Positions 38,473 to 47,261 of a stretch of 61,148 nucleotides of DNA are shown here, in pieces. The stretch covers positions 1 through 61,148 of the forward strand of contig JAEDHQ010000001.1 in NCBI GenBank assembly GCA_016296945.1, in the 5' to 3' direction. Both the position numbers and the translations under genes were made by a program. Below the pieces are notes generated by a model, which worked only from the letters and a program-made list of their open reading frames with translations, searched no databases and was not told the DNA's origin. Numbering within the stretch: position 1 is the stretch's first letter; each line of letters starts with the position of its first letter. The stretch comes from Bacilli bacterium (GTDB taxonomy: Bacteria; Bacillota_I; Bacilli_A; ML615J-28; CAG-698).

Positions 38473-39353
38473 GGCAACCATCCACTATCAACATTTTCAG
38501 TATATTCATAATTATCTAAAAAAGAGAAGTCACAGATAATTTCATTTTCATCTTTTGTTAATTCATATTTTTGCGCATTGATTGTAAAAAAGTTATTAGT
38601 ATAAATACATATGTTATTATTATTAGATTCAATCTTATATAACATTGTTTGTAAATCTGGATCGAAATCAGCTTCGATAAAATATATTTTTTTAATCTTT
38701 GCAAGAAATTCTTCTACTTCTTCGGTTTCTTCAAGTTTTTTAGATTTATTAATTTCTTTTCTTATTATTGTAATCTTTGAACCAAATAACTCTAAATCCG
38801 TAAATGACATTTTATTTTTAGGTAGTACTGTAACATTAATAATTAAATTTATTATTGGGTAATCTTTTAAATATAAATTTATTGTAGTTGAACCTTCTTG
38901 TAAAGCAATAATTTTATTTCCTTCTACCACACAAATTTTATCATCATTTACTTCTACAATTATCTCTAAATCGTTTGTTGCTTGAATATTGAATTCTTGT
39001 ACTTCGTCTACTTTTAATTCATAGTTTAAATTATCGCTTGTGATTTCTAAACTGCTTATTACTGTTACATTTATAGTTTCATTAATACTTGAATCACTAA
39101 TTAGAAATAATGTGATTTCACAACTTCCTGTTTTATATGCTTTAATTATTCCATTCTTAAAAATTGCCACTTCTGGATTACTATTAGCTGCAATAACTGT
39201 TTCATTAGCTGATACTTCATATCTTATCTTGACTTCTTCGCCAACTTCTAATGTTATTTTTTTATCTTCTTCTTGCAAATTAAGATATTTTTCTTCTTTA
39301 CAAGAAATTAAAAAACTTAATAAGCACAAAATAACTATTAATAATTTCTTCAT
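38463..39353 (-). CDS. Lipoprotein with two Big_2 (bacterial Ig-like) domains
   Basis: Lipobox FLISC. Big_2-like blocks (TLEVGEEVKI...NPEVAIFKNGIIKAYKTGSCEITL and a second copy). AGGAGA RBS. Confidence 0.55.
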   Translation of the reverse strand: MKKLLIVILCLLSFLISCKEEKYLNLQEEDKKITLEVGEEVKIRYEVSANETVIAANSNPEVAIFKNGIIKAYKTGSCEITLFLISDSSINETINVTVISSLEITSDNLNYELKVDEVQEFNIQATNDLEIIVEVNDDKICVVEGNKIIALQEGSTTINLYLKDYPIINLIINVTVLPKNKMSFTDLELFGSKITIIRKEINKSKKLEETEEVEEFLAKIKKIYFIEADFDPDLQTMLYKIESNNNNICIYTNNFFTINAQKYELTKDENEIICDFSFLDNYEYTENVDSGWLPWV

Positions 39354-39437
39354 AGTTTGTCTCCTAAATCTTTTAAATATTTTTAATTATTTATATTCTA
39401 TCATATAAACAAATTATTTAAAAGATTATTTAAAAAA

Positions 39438-39460
39438 ATATAAAATAATGCCTAATTAAG
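39438..39460 (-). terminator. Intra-operon hairpin (partial terminator/attenuator) between the MutS-like pair and the downstream five genes
   Basis: taatgcc-ttaatt-aaggcatta followed on the minus strand by a T-rich tract. A possible TATAAA/-10 and AGGAGA RBS for the lipoprotein gene follow. Confidence 0.35.
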
Positions 39461-39463
39461 GCA

Positions 39464-40900
39464 TTATATTTCTTTTATTTTATATTTATTTGTTTCATCA
39501 CTTGTTTCATATAATTTGACATCACTTACAAAATTTCTTCTTTCATCAAGAATTGTAATTAGATGAGTAACATCAATCCATGTTACATTAATTAAAGAGA
39601 AGTAATTTAAGATATCAAACAACGCACGTTTACCATCTTCTGCAAATGTTGATTGGAAAATCTCATTTATAATTACTAGGGATTTATCATTTACTTTATC
39701 GATTATTTCTTTAATATCGATTACTTCTTTTTCGAAACGACCGCCAACATCTGTATCTTTTTCTTCTCCTGAAAAGATTGTCGTAACGCTTTCTTTAATT
39801 TCCACTTTTGCTTGATCACAAGCTACAAATAATCCATTTTGGAAAAAGATTTGGTTAATTCCGATTGTTCTTAGTAAGACTGTTTTTCCGGTATTATTAG
39901 ATCCAACCACTAAAACACTTTGCTTATTAGCAATTGAGATATTATTTCCATATATAGGAGCAGAATATCCTTCGATAATATATTTCATTGAAAGGTATAT
40001 ATCTTTGGCATTTTTATAATCTGTCTCTTTTGCGATTTCAGGAAAAGAACAATCAATTTTTCTTTCACCTAATGAATCATATAAAGAATTTGCAAATTCA
40101 AAGAAAATAAATTCATCACTAAAATAGCTTATTTCATCATAAAGACTTTCATAAATATCTTCTACAATTACAACAACACGATTAAATGAATCAATCACAA
40201 TTCGTGAAAAATCATCTTTTACTTTTGGATTAATTTCAATCTTGCCGTCACTTCTTTCTTTTTTTCTAAATATACTTACCTTTTCACTAGTATATTTACC
40301 ACTGCATAATATAAACTTATTATCAATTGGCATTAATTTATCATCAAGATTAGTATAAAACGCAAAAGCAGAATGTTGTTCAATTATTTCTTTAATCACT
40401 TTTTGAAGTTTTTTAAAATAAACATTTTCAATTCGGTTATTGATTTTCTTTGCTAACTCTTTTAATCCAACTGATGAAGGAGAGTATGTTACAAATAATT
40501 CATTTAAGCGAATATATATTTCAATTAGTTTATTAATATCTTGAGCATAATCTTTAAGCATCATCGTTGTCTCAGAAATCTCCATTTCGGATTTAACTTT
40601 CAATTTTGCACGACTAGAACGGGTAGCATTATAATCACTATAGCATTTATTAAGATTAAATGATTCCCGACCTAACCCATAATAAAGACTGCGATTATAC
40701 ATCATATCACGCATTACACTTTGACGATATTTAATTGTTTCTTCATCAGTACAAATACTACCTAAAATATCTAATATTTTTTCTTGTTTTCCTTTATCAA
40801 CAAAGACATAGCGAACAATTGAATCTATTTGAAGATCGTGTAATGCATTGTTGACGGATCCGATTTTTTCCTTACCAAATGGATATAATAAACTACTCAT
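39464..40900 (-). CDS. MutS-family domain-V ABC-ATPase protein, paralog B (no mismatch-recognition domain I, no Smr)
   Basis: Walker A/MutS signature VLVVGSNNTGKTVLLRTIGINQIFFQNGLFVACDQAKV (compare MutS GPNMGGKSTYMRQ..LAQ.G.FVPA). Walker B region VIINEIFQSTFAEDG (compare MutS LDELGRGTSTYDG) has N-E instead of D-E. 478 aa. Confidence 0.68.
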   Translation of the reverse strand: MSSLLYPFGKEKIGSVNNALHDLQIDSIVRYVFVDKGKQEKILDILGSICTDEETIKYRQSVMRDMMYNRSLYYGLGRESFNLNKCYSDYNATRSSRAKLKVKSEMEISETTMMLKDYAQDINKLIEIYIRLNELFVTYSPSSVGLKELAKKINNRIENVYFKKLQKVIKEIIEQHSAFAFYTNLDDKLMPIDNKFILCSGKYTSEKVSIFRKKERSDGKIEINPKVKDDFSRIVIDSFNRVVVIVEDIYESLYDEISYFSDEFIFFEFANSLYDSLGERKIDCSFPEIAKETDYKNAKDIYLSMKYIIEGYSAPIYGNNISIANKQSVLVVGSNNTGKTVLLRTIGINQIFFQNGLFVACDQAKVEIKESVTTIFSGEEKDTDVGGRFEKEVIDIKEIIDKVNDKSLVIINEIFQSTFAEDGKRALFDILNYFSLINVTWIDVTHLITILDERRNFVSDVKLYETSDETNKYKIKEI

Positions 40901-42395
40901 TACCTTTCTTCCTTTCTAATAATTGTTGTTTTGTTAAACCGTGTTTATACAAAATATCATCGACATATGATAATAACTGTTTTTCTACTTTCTTTATTTT
41001 GTGTGTTCTTATATTAGATTTTCCTTCCATTACTACCGGTGTAAAAAAACCAATTCTCGAATCATGAATTTCCTCAAAAATTTTATATTGATGCGTTACA
41101 TACATTACTTTAGCTTGGGTATTACCAATATCATTAAGTAATTGTTTTGTATAAACGCACGCTTTTTCTTCACTAGTTGATGAAAATGTTTCATTTAAAA
41201 AAGCAATAGAATCGGGTCCGAAATGAGATTTAATTATATCAAGACGTTTAATTTCATCACGAAGACGTCCTTCACCAAAACTATAGTTTTCTTCATTTGG
41301 AAAATGTGTACATATATATTTTACAGGATATACTTTAGCACTTTTTGCAAACATATACCCACAAGTCATAAAGTATACATAATTTGCCCCAATACTACGA
41401 AGATAACAAGTTTTACCACCACTATTAACTCCTAAAACAAAAGATATATTTTCTTTCCCATCAATATAGAAATCATTAGGAATAACATCAATTTTACTTA
41501 CTGTTAAACTAACATCATATGCATCTGTAATTGAAGTTTTGTTTTCTTCATTCACCACTACCTTACAAAAAGGAATACCTTGTTTATTAACTTTTGTAAA
41601 CATTGTTTTTAAACTTAATAAATATTTAAATTCACTAACTAAGCTACTTAAATCAGTTACTTTTTGATGATTTGATTCGTAAAATTCAGCAATTTTTTCA
41701 TAAGTTGTTTTATCTTGTAAAGATATCTCATATAAAAAATATGGATTTACTTCTTTTTTCATAATTTGACGAGGGGTTTTAACTAATTCAATATTTAATC
41801 CTTTTACAATATCTAATAATTCATCTTCTAAATTAGTTTTTTTATCAAAAGTGATTTTATAATATGGTGCCCCTTCATGAAATTCCGCATTAAATTCAAA
41901 ATGACTTGTAATATAATCATATAAATTTTTTACTTCATTTCTTAAAGTTTTTACTTCATTATCATCGAAAATGCTATCAATTTTTACAATTAAATCAGTT
42001 AATCCTTTTGATTTTACATTTAATTTTATTAACACATCTTTTGTAATTGTTAGGAATTGATAATAATGATATATATACATTATTAAAAATATACGTCTTT
42101 TGATGTTTTCGGTTGCTTCTCTTAAAGAAATAAAGCGACCAACTAAATCAGTTAAACGATAATATAAATTTTCTAATAAACCATCCTTATCATTTAATAA
42201 ATCTTCAAAAATTCCTTGCCGATATAATAATGATTCTTTTGATGGAATAAGTTTCATAATTTCTTGCATTTCATCAACATCACTGTAATTATCAAAACAA
42301 CATTCTAATAATTTTGTTATTTTTAAATCGCTAAAGACTGCATCATCTAATTTACTAACTGCTTCATCATTTTTCCATAATAAACTAAAGGCCAT
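40893..42395 (-). CDS. MutS-family domain-V ABC-ATPase protein, paralog A
   Basis: Walker A/MutS signature ISFVLGVNSGGKTCYLRSIGANYVYFMTCGYMFAKSAKV. Walker B region IAFLNETFSSTSEEK, also N-E. 500 aa. AAAGGAGGA RBS and a TGaTATACT extended -10 upstream. 8-nt overlap with paralog B. Confidence 0.68.
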   Translation of the reverse strand: MAFSLLWKNDEAVSKLDDAVFSDLKITKLLECCFDNYSDVDEMQEIMKLIPSKESLLYRQGIFEDLLNDKDGLLENLYYRLTDLVGRFISLREATENIKRRIFLIMYIYHYYQFLTITKDVLIKLNVKSKGLTDLIVKIDSIFDDNEVKTLRNEVKNLYDYITSHFEFNAEFHEGAPYYKITFDKKTNLEDELLDIVKGLNIELVKTPRQIMKKEVNPYFLYEISLQDKTTYEKIAEFYESNHQKVTDLSSLVSEFKYLLSLKTMFTKVNKQGIPFCKVVVNEENKTSITDAYDVSLTVSKIDVIPNDFYIDGKENISFVLGVNSGGKTCYLRSIGANYVYFMTCGYMFAKSAKVYPVKYICTHFPNEENYSFGEGRLRDEIKRLDIIKSHFGPDSIAFLNETFSSTSEEKACVYTKQLLNDIGNTQAKVMYVTHQYKIFEEIHDSRIGFFTPVVMEGKSNIRTHKIKKVEKQLLSYVDDILYKHGLTKQQLLERKKGNE

Positions 42396-42449
42396 ATAAT
42401 TCCTCCTTTTATTAATTTTTAGTATATCATAACTTATAAAAAAATAAAA

Positions 42450-42473
42450 GATGAAATCATATTGATTTCATCA
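42450..42473 (-). terminator. Rho-independent terminator of the upstream zinc-ribbon gene. It also defines the 5' boundary of the MutS-PqqD-flotillin operon.
   Basis: gatgaaatca-ata-tgatttcatc followed by ttttatttttttat (minus strand). Confidence 0.5.
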
Positions 42474-42480
42474 AATAATA

Positions 42481-43083
42481 TTACTTAATTTGTAATTTTT
42501 CTTGTTTATTTTTCTTAGCAATAATACTACCTTGGATAGCAGCACCAATTCCTGTAAATACTAAATTCATAATCATATCATAGATAAATGCACCCTTATA
42601 TTCTGCGATAGAAAAGATGTAGGCTAATCCATTTAAGTTACTGCCATCTGTAATTGCAAGACCATTTCCAATTACTATCCACATAAAGAAACAAACAAGT
42701 TCAAACATTACTAAAACTGTCGCAGTTGAGATTAAAACTCTAAACTTATCTTTTTTACCTTCAAATTTTACATATAAGAAGTCAGCTAACATAACAGCAA
42801 ATAAAGCAATTAATGCGGAAACAAATCCTAATTGATATAAAATAAACCAAGCAACACAACCTACTGTTGCTCCAATTAATGAGCCTAAAAAGCCTTTAAA
42901 ATAATTACCTGGAATCTCTTTAAATTCTTTTTCTTGTAAAGTACTTGCTTCTCTCATACTATTAGCACAAGCAGGATCAACTGTAACATATACATCATTA
43001 ACTTGAATTTTTTCATATTCAACTAATTCTTCACCACATGCTGGGCAAAAGCCTTTTCCTTTTACTCCTTGATCTTTCATCAT
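42481..43083 (-). CDS. Zinc-ribbon (CPACG...C) membrane protein with 4 TM helices. It may be 5'-truncated by a frameshift.
   Basis: GFCPACGEELVEY...VDPAC zinc ribbon followed by TM helices. The reading frame stays open for 100 more codons upstream (43084-43383) without any ATG/GTG/TTG. Confidence 0.5.
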   Translation of the reverse strand: MMKDQGVKGKGFCPACGEELVEYEKIQVNDVYVTVDPACANSMREASTLQEKEFKEIPGNYFKGFLGSLIGATVGCVAWFILYQLGFVSALIALFAVMLADFLYVKFEGKKDKFRVLISTATVLVMFELVCFFMWIVIGNGLAITDGSNLNGLAYIFSIAEYKGAFIYDMIMNLVFTGIGAAIQGSIIAKKNKQEKLQIK

Positions 43084-43438
43084 TGAGATAATGTGTCTTA
43101 ACTTAACAATTAATTTTTTAGCTGCTCCAGCAGCTGTAAAGCCATTTAAAGTTAACTTAACACCAAAAGTATTTGGCTTTCCTCCCGCAAATGCTTTACC
43201 TTCATAATTTATAAATTCTTTAATAATTTGTTGTTTATATTCTTCATTGGCAAAGAAATTTAAAAATACTGTGATTCCTTCTTGTGAATTTATTGTACTA
43301 TAAATAGTTGTTTCATAGTCACCACAGTAACCATATAATCTATCCTTTGCTGTTTCTTCTAATCCAAATGCTTCTTTGATTGATCATAATTATTCTATTT
43401 TATCAATAATTATTTTTTTTCTATAGTTTTAAATTGCT

Positions 43439-43993
43439 TTAGGCTTTTTTCATTTTTACATTTCTATAAGTATTATTTATTTTATCATAAAAGAAATTAA
43501 CTTCTAATGGATAATAATTAAAATACAATAAAATACCAAAAACAATAACTAAAGTAATAATTGAAATATAATAGGGTATTTTAAAAATAATATTTGATAT
43601 TTCTAGTTTTATGTTAATAATTGATGATAAAACCAAGCCTATAAATAATGATAGAATATCAATAATCATTGCTGATATATTAAATCCATATTTTAAAGTA
43701 TAATAAATTATTGTAATAATAATTCCTGTTATTATAAATGTAATTAATGGATAAATTGCCCATTTATCTTTATTGATTATATATTTCTTTCTAAAAATAA
43801 AATAAGTTATAAGATAAAATAGAATAATTGGTATAAATGTCATTTTTATATGTTGAAAAATACTTTCATTTATTGGAGCAATTGCTCCAATTATTTCGTT
43901 ATATCCACTCCATTTATAAATATAATGAAATATAACACATATTGCAAATATTGCTAATGAACTAGCACTAATAATATAAGTTGTTCTTTTCAT
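43439..43993 (-). CDS. Hypothetical polytopic membrane protein (5-6 TM)
   Basis: 184 aa, highly hydrophobic. AAAAGGATGG RBS and TATAAT -10 upstream. Confidence 0.5.
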   Translation of the reverse strand: MKRTTYIISASSLAIFAICVIFHYIYKWSGYNEIIGAIAPINESIFQHIKMTFIPIILFYLITYFIFRKKYIINKDKWAIYPLITFIITGIIITIIYYTLKYGFNISAMIIDILSLFIGLVLSSIINIKLEISNIIFKIPYYISIITLVIVFGILLYFNYYPLEVNFFYDKINNTYRNVKMKKA

Positions 43994-44051
43994 AATAAAC
44001 CATCCTTTTTAATTATATTATATGTAAAAAGAATGATTTTATTAAAAATAC

Positions 44052-44073
44052 GATTAAAAACACATTAGAAATT
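44052..44073 (-). terminator. Terminator ending the cit-hydrolyase-pduO operon
   Basis: cacattagaa-att-tctaatgtg followed by TTTTT on the minus strand. Confidence 0.5.
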
Positions 44074-44559
44074 CTAATGTGCTTCATAAAATAACGCTAA
44101 TTCATAAAAAAATGTTGATAACTTATTTAAATATTCAAATATTGTGTTTTGCCCACCATATTTTTCATATACTTTTGCATATCTTCTTTCACAAGTTCGG
44201 GCATGTGTTCTCACAATATGAATTTTTGCACTTAGTAATGTTTGTCCAGGCAAAACAAATTCTTTGAGGATTGGTTGTGATGTTTTATATTTTTTTATCA
44301 ATTCTAAAATTGATTCAATATATTTAACTTCAAACTCTTTTTTAACACCAGCAACTAGCCCCATAATATAAGATAGTGTTTTTACAATTTCTTTTAATTC
44401 ATCAGCTAATTCTTTATCTTTAATATAATGTGTTAGTTCCATAATATAACTACTCAACATGTCTGTTTCCCCAAAAAATTCAATTCGTTCATCACATTTT
44501 GTAGTCATTGTTCCAACTAAGGCTGTATCTAGTGGTTTTTCTTTAATTATGCTTTTCAT
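44074..44559 (-). CDS. PduO-type ATP:cob(I)alamin adenosyltransferase-family protein (Cob_adeno_trans)
   Basis: C-terminal LKEFVLPGQTLLSAKIHIVRTHARTCERRYAKV...IFEYLNKLSTFFYELALF matches the family consensus FiLPGG...a.LHvARtvcRRAER...YLNRLSD.LF. 161 aa. Overlaps the hydro-lyase beta gene by 17 nt. Confidence 0.6.
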   Translation of the reverse strand: MKSIIKEKPLDTALVGTMTTKCDERIEFFGETDMLSSYIMELTHYIKDKELADELKEIVKTLSYIMGLVAGVKKEFEVKYIESILELIKKYKTSQPILKEFVLPGQTLLSAKIHIVRTHARTCERRYAKVYEKYGGQNTIFEYLNKLSTFFYELALFYEAH

Positions 44560-45106
44560 ACATCTTTACACCTTCTTGATACAAATCATTTCCATATGCA
44601 TCATATGTCACAATTGTATAAAAATCTTCTACTTCTAATCTTCTTAATGCTTCAGCTCCTAAATCTTCATAAGCTACTAAATCACATTTTTTAATACTTT
44701 CAGAAATTGATGCTGCAGCACCACCTATAGTTGACAAATATACACATTTGTATTTGACAAGTTGCTCTTTATATTCATCACTTCGTGAACCTTTACCAAT
44801 CATAATTTTCAGTCCTTGTTGCATCAGCTTTTCTGAATATGGATCCATTCTATAACTAGATGTTGGACCTGCGGAACCGATTACTCTACCTGGTTTTGCT
44901 GGAGTTGGGCCTACATAATAAATAGCCCCATTAGTAAAATCAACAGGCAATTCTAATCCTTTATCAATTAATTCCACAAATCTTTTATGAGCAGCATCCC
45001 TAGCTGTATATATAACTCCTGTTAGGTATACTACATCACCAGCACGTAATTTCAAAATAACTTCTTCGTCTTCTTTTGTTATTGGAACATTTAATTTATA
45101 CTCCAT
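44543..45106 (-). CDS. Fe-S hydro-lyase, tartrate/fumarate family, beta subunit (class I fumarate hydratase / mesaconase / L(+)-tartrate dehydratase beta)
   Basis: 187 aa. GVIYTARDAAHKR...YYVGPTPAKPG..GSAGPTSS typical of FumB/TtdB C-terminal-domain proteins. Confidence 0.85.
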   Translation of the reverse strand: MEYKLNVPITKEDEEVILKLRAGDVVYLTGVIYTARDAAHKRFVELIDKGLELPVDFTNGAIYYVGPTPAKPGRVIGSAGPTSSYRMDPYSEKLMQQGLKIMIGKGSRSDEYKEQLVKYKCVYLSTIGGAAASISESIKKCDLVAYEDLGAEALRRLEVEDFYTIVTYDAYGNDLYQEGVKMYEKHN

Positions 45107-45115
45107 ACCTCACCT

Positions 45116-45955
45116 CTATAATTCACAACTCTTATGACGATTAGCATGACATTGAATATTTATAGCAACAGGTAAACTAGCAATGTGACATGGAAAACAG
45201 TTCACCTTAACAGCAAGGCATGTAGTTCTTCCTCCAAATCCCATTGGACCAATTCCTAGATTATTTACTTCTTCTAATAACTCTTTTTCTAATTTATTAG
45301 CATATGGATCACTTGCTTCATCATCTATTTCACGCATTAACGCTTCTTTAGCTAATAATGCAGCTTTTTCTAAATCGCCACCAATTCCTAAACCTATAAT
45401 TATTGGAGGACATGGTTTACCACCTGCATATCGGACTGTGTCTAAAACCAATTTTTTTATTCCTTCAACCCCATCTGCAGGAATTAACATTTTAACTAAA
45501 CTCATATTTTCACTGCCGCCACCTTTTGGAGCAACTGTAATTTTAAACGTATCACCGACAACGCTTTTAATATGAACTATTGCAGGCGTATTATTTTTAG
45601 TATTTATGCGATTTAACGGGTGCTCAACAACTGATTTACGTAAATAACCATTAATATAAGCATTACTAACACCTTGATTTATTGCTTCGTAGATATCTCC
45701 TTTAAAAATAACTTCTGAACCAATTTCTAAAAAACATACTACAATTCCTGTATCTTGACACATTGGCAAGTTTTGTTTCATTGCCAATTTATCATTTTCA
45801 ATGATTTTACTTAATATTTCTTTTCCTAATTCTGATTCTTCTCTTTCTTTAAATTCGTTTAAATAATCTAAAAATTTACATCCGATATTGCTGCAAGCAT
45901 CTAATAATAACTCTTCGACTTTTTTAGTAACTAATTTTAAATCTATTTCACGCAT
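45116..45955 (-). CDS. Fe-S hydro-lyase, tartrate/fumarate family, alpha subunit
   Basis: 279 aa. Conserved cysteines (CQDTG..., CPPIIIGLGIGG, C...CH) of the class I fumarase/TtdA catalytic domain. Confidence 0.85.
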   Translation of the reverse strand: MREIDLKLVTKKVEELLLDACSNIGCKFLDYLNEFKEREESELGKEILSKIIENDKLAMKQNLPMCQDTGIVVCFLEIGSEVIFKGDIYEAINQGVSNAYINGYLRKSVVEHPLNRINTKNNTPAIVHIKSVVGDTFKITVAPKGGGSENMSLVKMLIPADGVEGIKKLVLDTVRYAGGKPCPPIIIGLGIGGDLEKAALLAKEALMREIDDEASDPYANKLEKELLEEVNNLGIGPMGFGGRTTCLAVKVNCFPCHIASLPVAINIQCHANRHKSCEL

Positions 45956-45965
45956 ATTTCCACCA

Positions 45966-47261
45966 TTAAATATAATTTAAATATTTTTTTAAGAAAATAA
46001 CAGTTATTAAAATATCACATGCTCCTCCAACACTGATATTTTCTTTAATACAATAGTTATTAACATTTATTAACTTTTCTTTAGAGTCAATATTTTTAAT
46101 CATTTCTTTTACATTTTGATATTTTTCAATACTTCCACATCTTTTAAACATTACAGTATCATCAATAACATCTATTATTCCTATCAAACATCGCTCTAAA
46201 TTTTCTTCGTTTATTTCATTTAACTCTTTAGTCCAATTCTTTACTATCGTTAATCCATCAATTGCTTGATGTCGAGCTCCTTTTAAATTATAACTTTTAA
46301 ATGCCTTTAACCCGTGAGTAAGGTTATGACTTATATAATCATCATTTAATTCATCTCTTAATGGCTTAGCCATTTCTTTTACATTTTTAAATATTTCTTC
46401 TATATAATACTCTTTATCTATAGTATGATTATTATTTTTTATTGTAAATCCAATTGAAGCAACTAATAAACCTAAAATAAAGATTAATCCTTTATAACAA
46501 TTTACACCTTTTGTTTCTTGATACATTGCTTGTTCTGCTTCAATTCCAAGTAATCTAATCTTTTTAAATATTTCATTTAAACTACTATCTGTAAATCCAA
46601 TATTAAACATCTTTACAAGATATGGAATAATTGCTTTTTTTGCATTACGCATTATTAAGGCATTCATATCATGATGAGATCCATTATCATTTATGCAAAC
46701 ACAACCAAATTTATAAGGCAGATTAAGTTCTATTTCCATTGCTTCATCGATTGTTTTTTTTAAAAGATCATCTAATCTAAAAAGTATCATCTCATCCATT
46801 TTTTTAAAAATTTCTTTATCAGTATGGATTTTCTTGCGGTTGCAAACAAAAGCATCATCATCACATAATAAACATTTTCTAAGTTTTTGTCTTTTAATGC
46901 TTCCATGATTATCAAGATGAACATCAAGATCTATTAATCTTCCTAATGGGTCTTCCTCTTCAATTGCAATTGTTAGCTCTTTTAAATTTCTAATTAAACC
47001 TTTTGGATAACTAAAAATAATATATGGACCATCATTAGATGTATAAGTTGTAGAATTAATGTGTCCTTTAATCCTATCTTCAATTATTTTTTTAAAATAA
47101 TTAAGTAAAAAATAACTTTCAAAAACATTTTTATCAATTCCTACAATATTAGCCTTTACTACAACAAGATCATAATATTTAATTAATTGGTCAATCTTAA
47201 TCCTTTTTTCTTCACGGTCCTTTAGGATATCTAAAACTTGTTTTTCCATTATTTTACCCAT
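45966..47261 (-). CDS. citXG: Bifunctional CitX-CitG fusion: apo-citrate-lyase phosphoribosyl-dephospho-CoA transferase plus triphosphoribosyl-dephospho-CoA synthase
   Basis: The N-terminal about 170 aa is CitX-like. The C-terminal part carries CitG motifs (INDNGSHHDMN, GVNCYKGLIFILGLL). 431 aa. Overlaps citC by 8 nt. Confidence 0.72.
   Translation of the reverse strand: MGKIMEKQVLDILKDREEKRIKIDQLIKYYDLVVVKANIVGIDKNVFESYFLLNYFKKIIEDRIKGHINSTTYTSNDGPYIIFSYPKGLIRNLKELTIAIEEEDPLGRLIDLDVHLDNHGSIKRQKLRKCLLCDDDAFVCNRKKIHTDKEIFKKMDEMILFRLDDLLKKTIDEAMEIELNLPYKFGCVCINDNGSHHDMNALIMRNAKKAIIPYLVKMFNIGFTDSSLNEIFKKIRLLGIEAEQAMYQETKGVNCYKGLIFILGLLVASIGFTIKNNNHTIDKEYYIEEIFKNVKEMAKPLRDELNDDYISHNLTHGLKAFKSYNLKGARHQAIDGLTIVKNWTKELNEINEENLERCLIGIIDVIDDTVMFKRCGSIEKYQNVKEMIKNIDSKEKLINVNNYCIKENISVGGACDILITVIFLKKYLNYI

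Noticed and set aside
33549-38481. Complete lasso-peptide biosynthetic gene cluster
   Set aside because: PqqD, an NTP_transf_5-like NTase, an HprK-like kinase and an acetyltransferase are present. No Asn-synthetase-like lasso cyclase (about 600 aa), no transglutaminase-like B2 protease and no obvious precursor ORF were found. The region cannot be called a lasso BGC.
39464-42395. Glutamate mutase MutS/MutL (methylaspartate pathway) identity for the MutS-like pair
   Set aside because: The proteins carry ABC-type Walker A/signature motifs of DNA-MutS domain V, not the B12-binding Rossmann motif (DxHxxG) of glutamate mutase sigma subunits. The name coincidence only.
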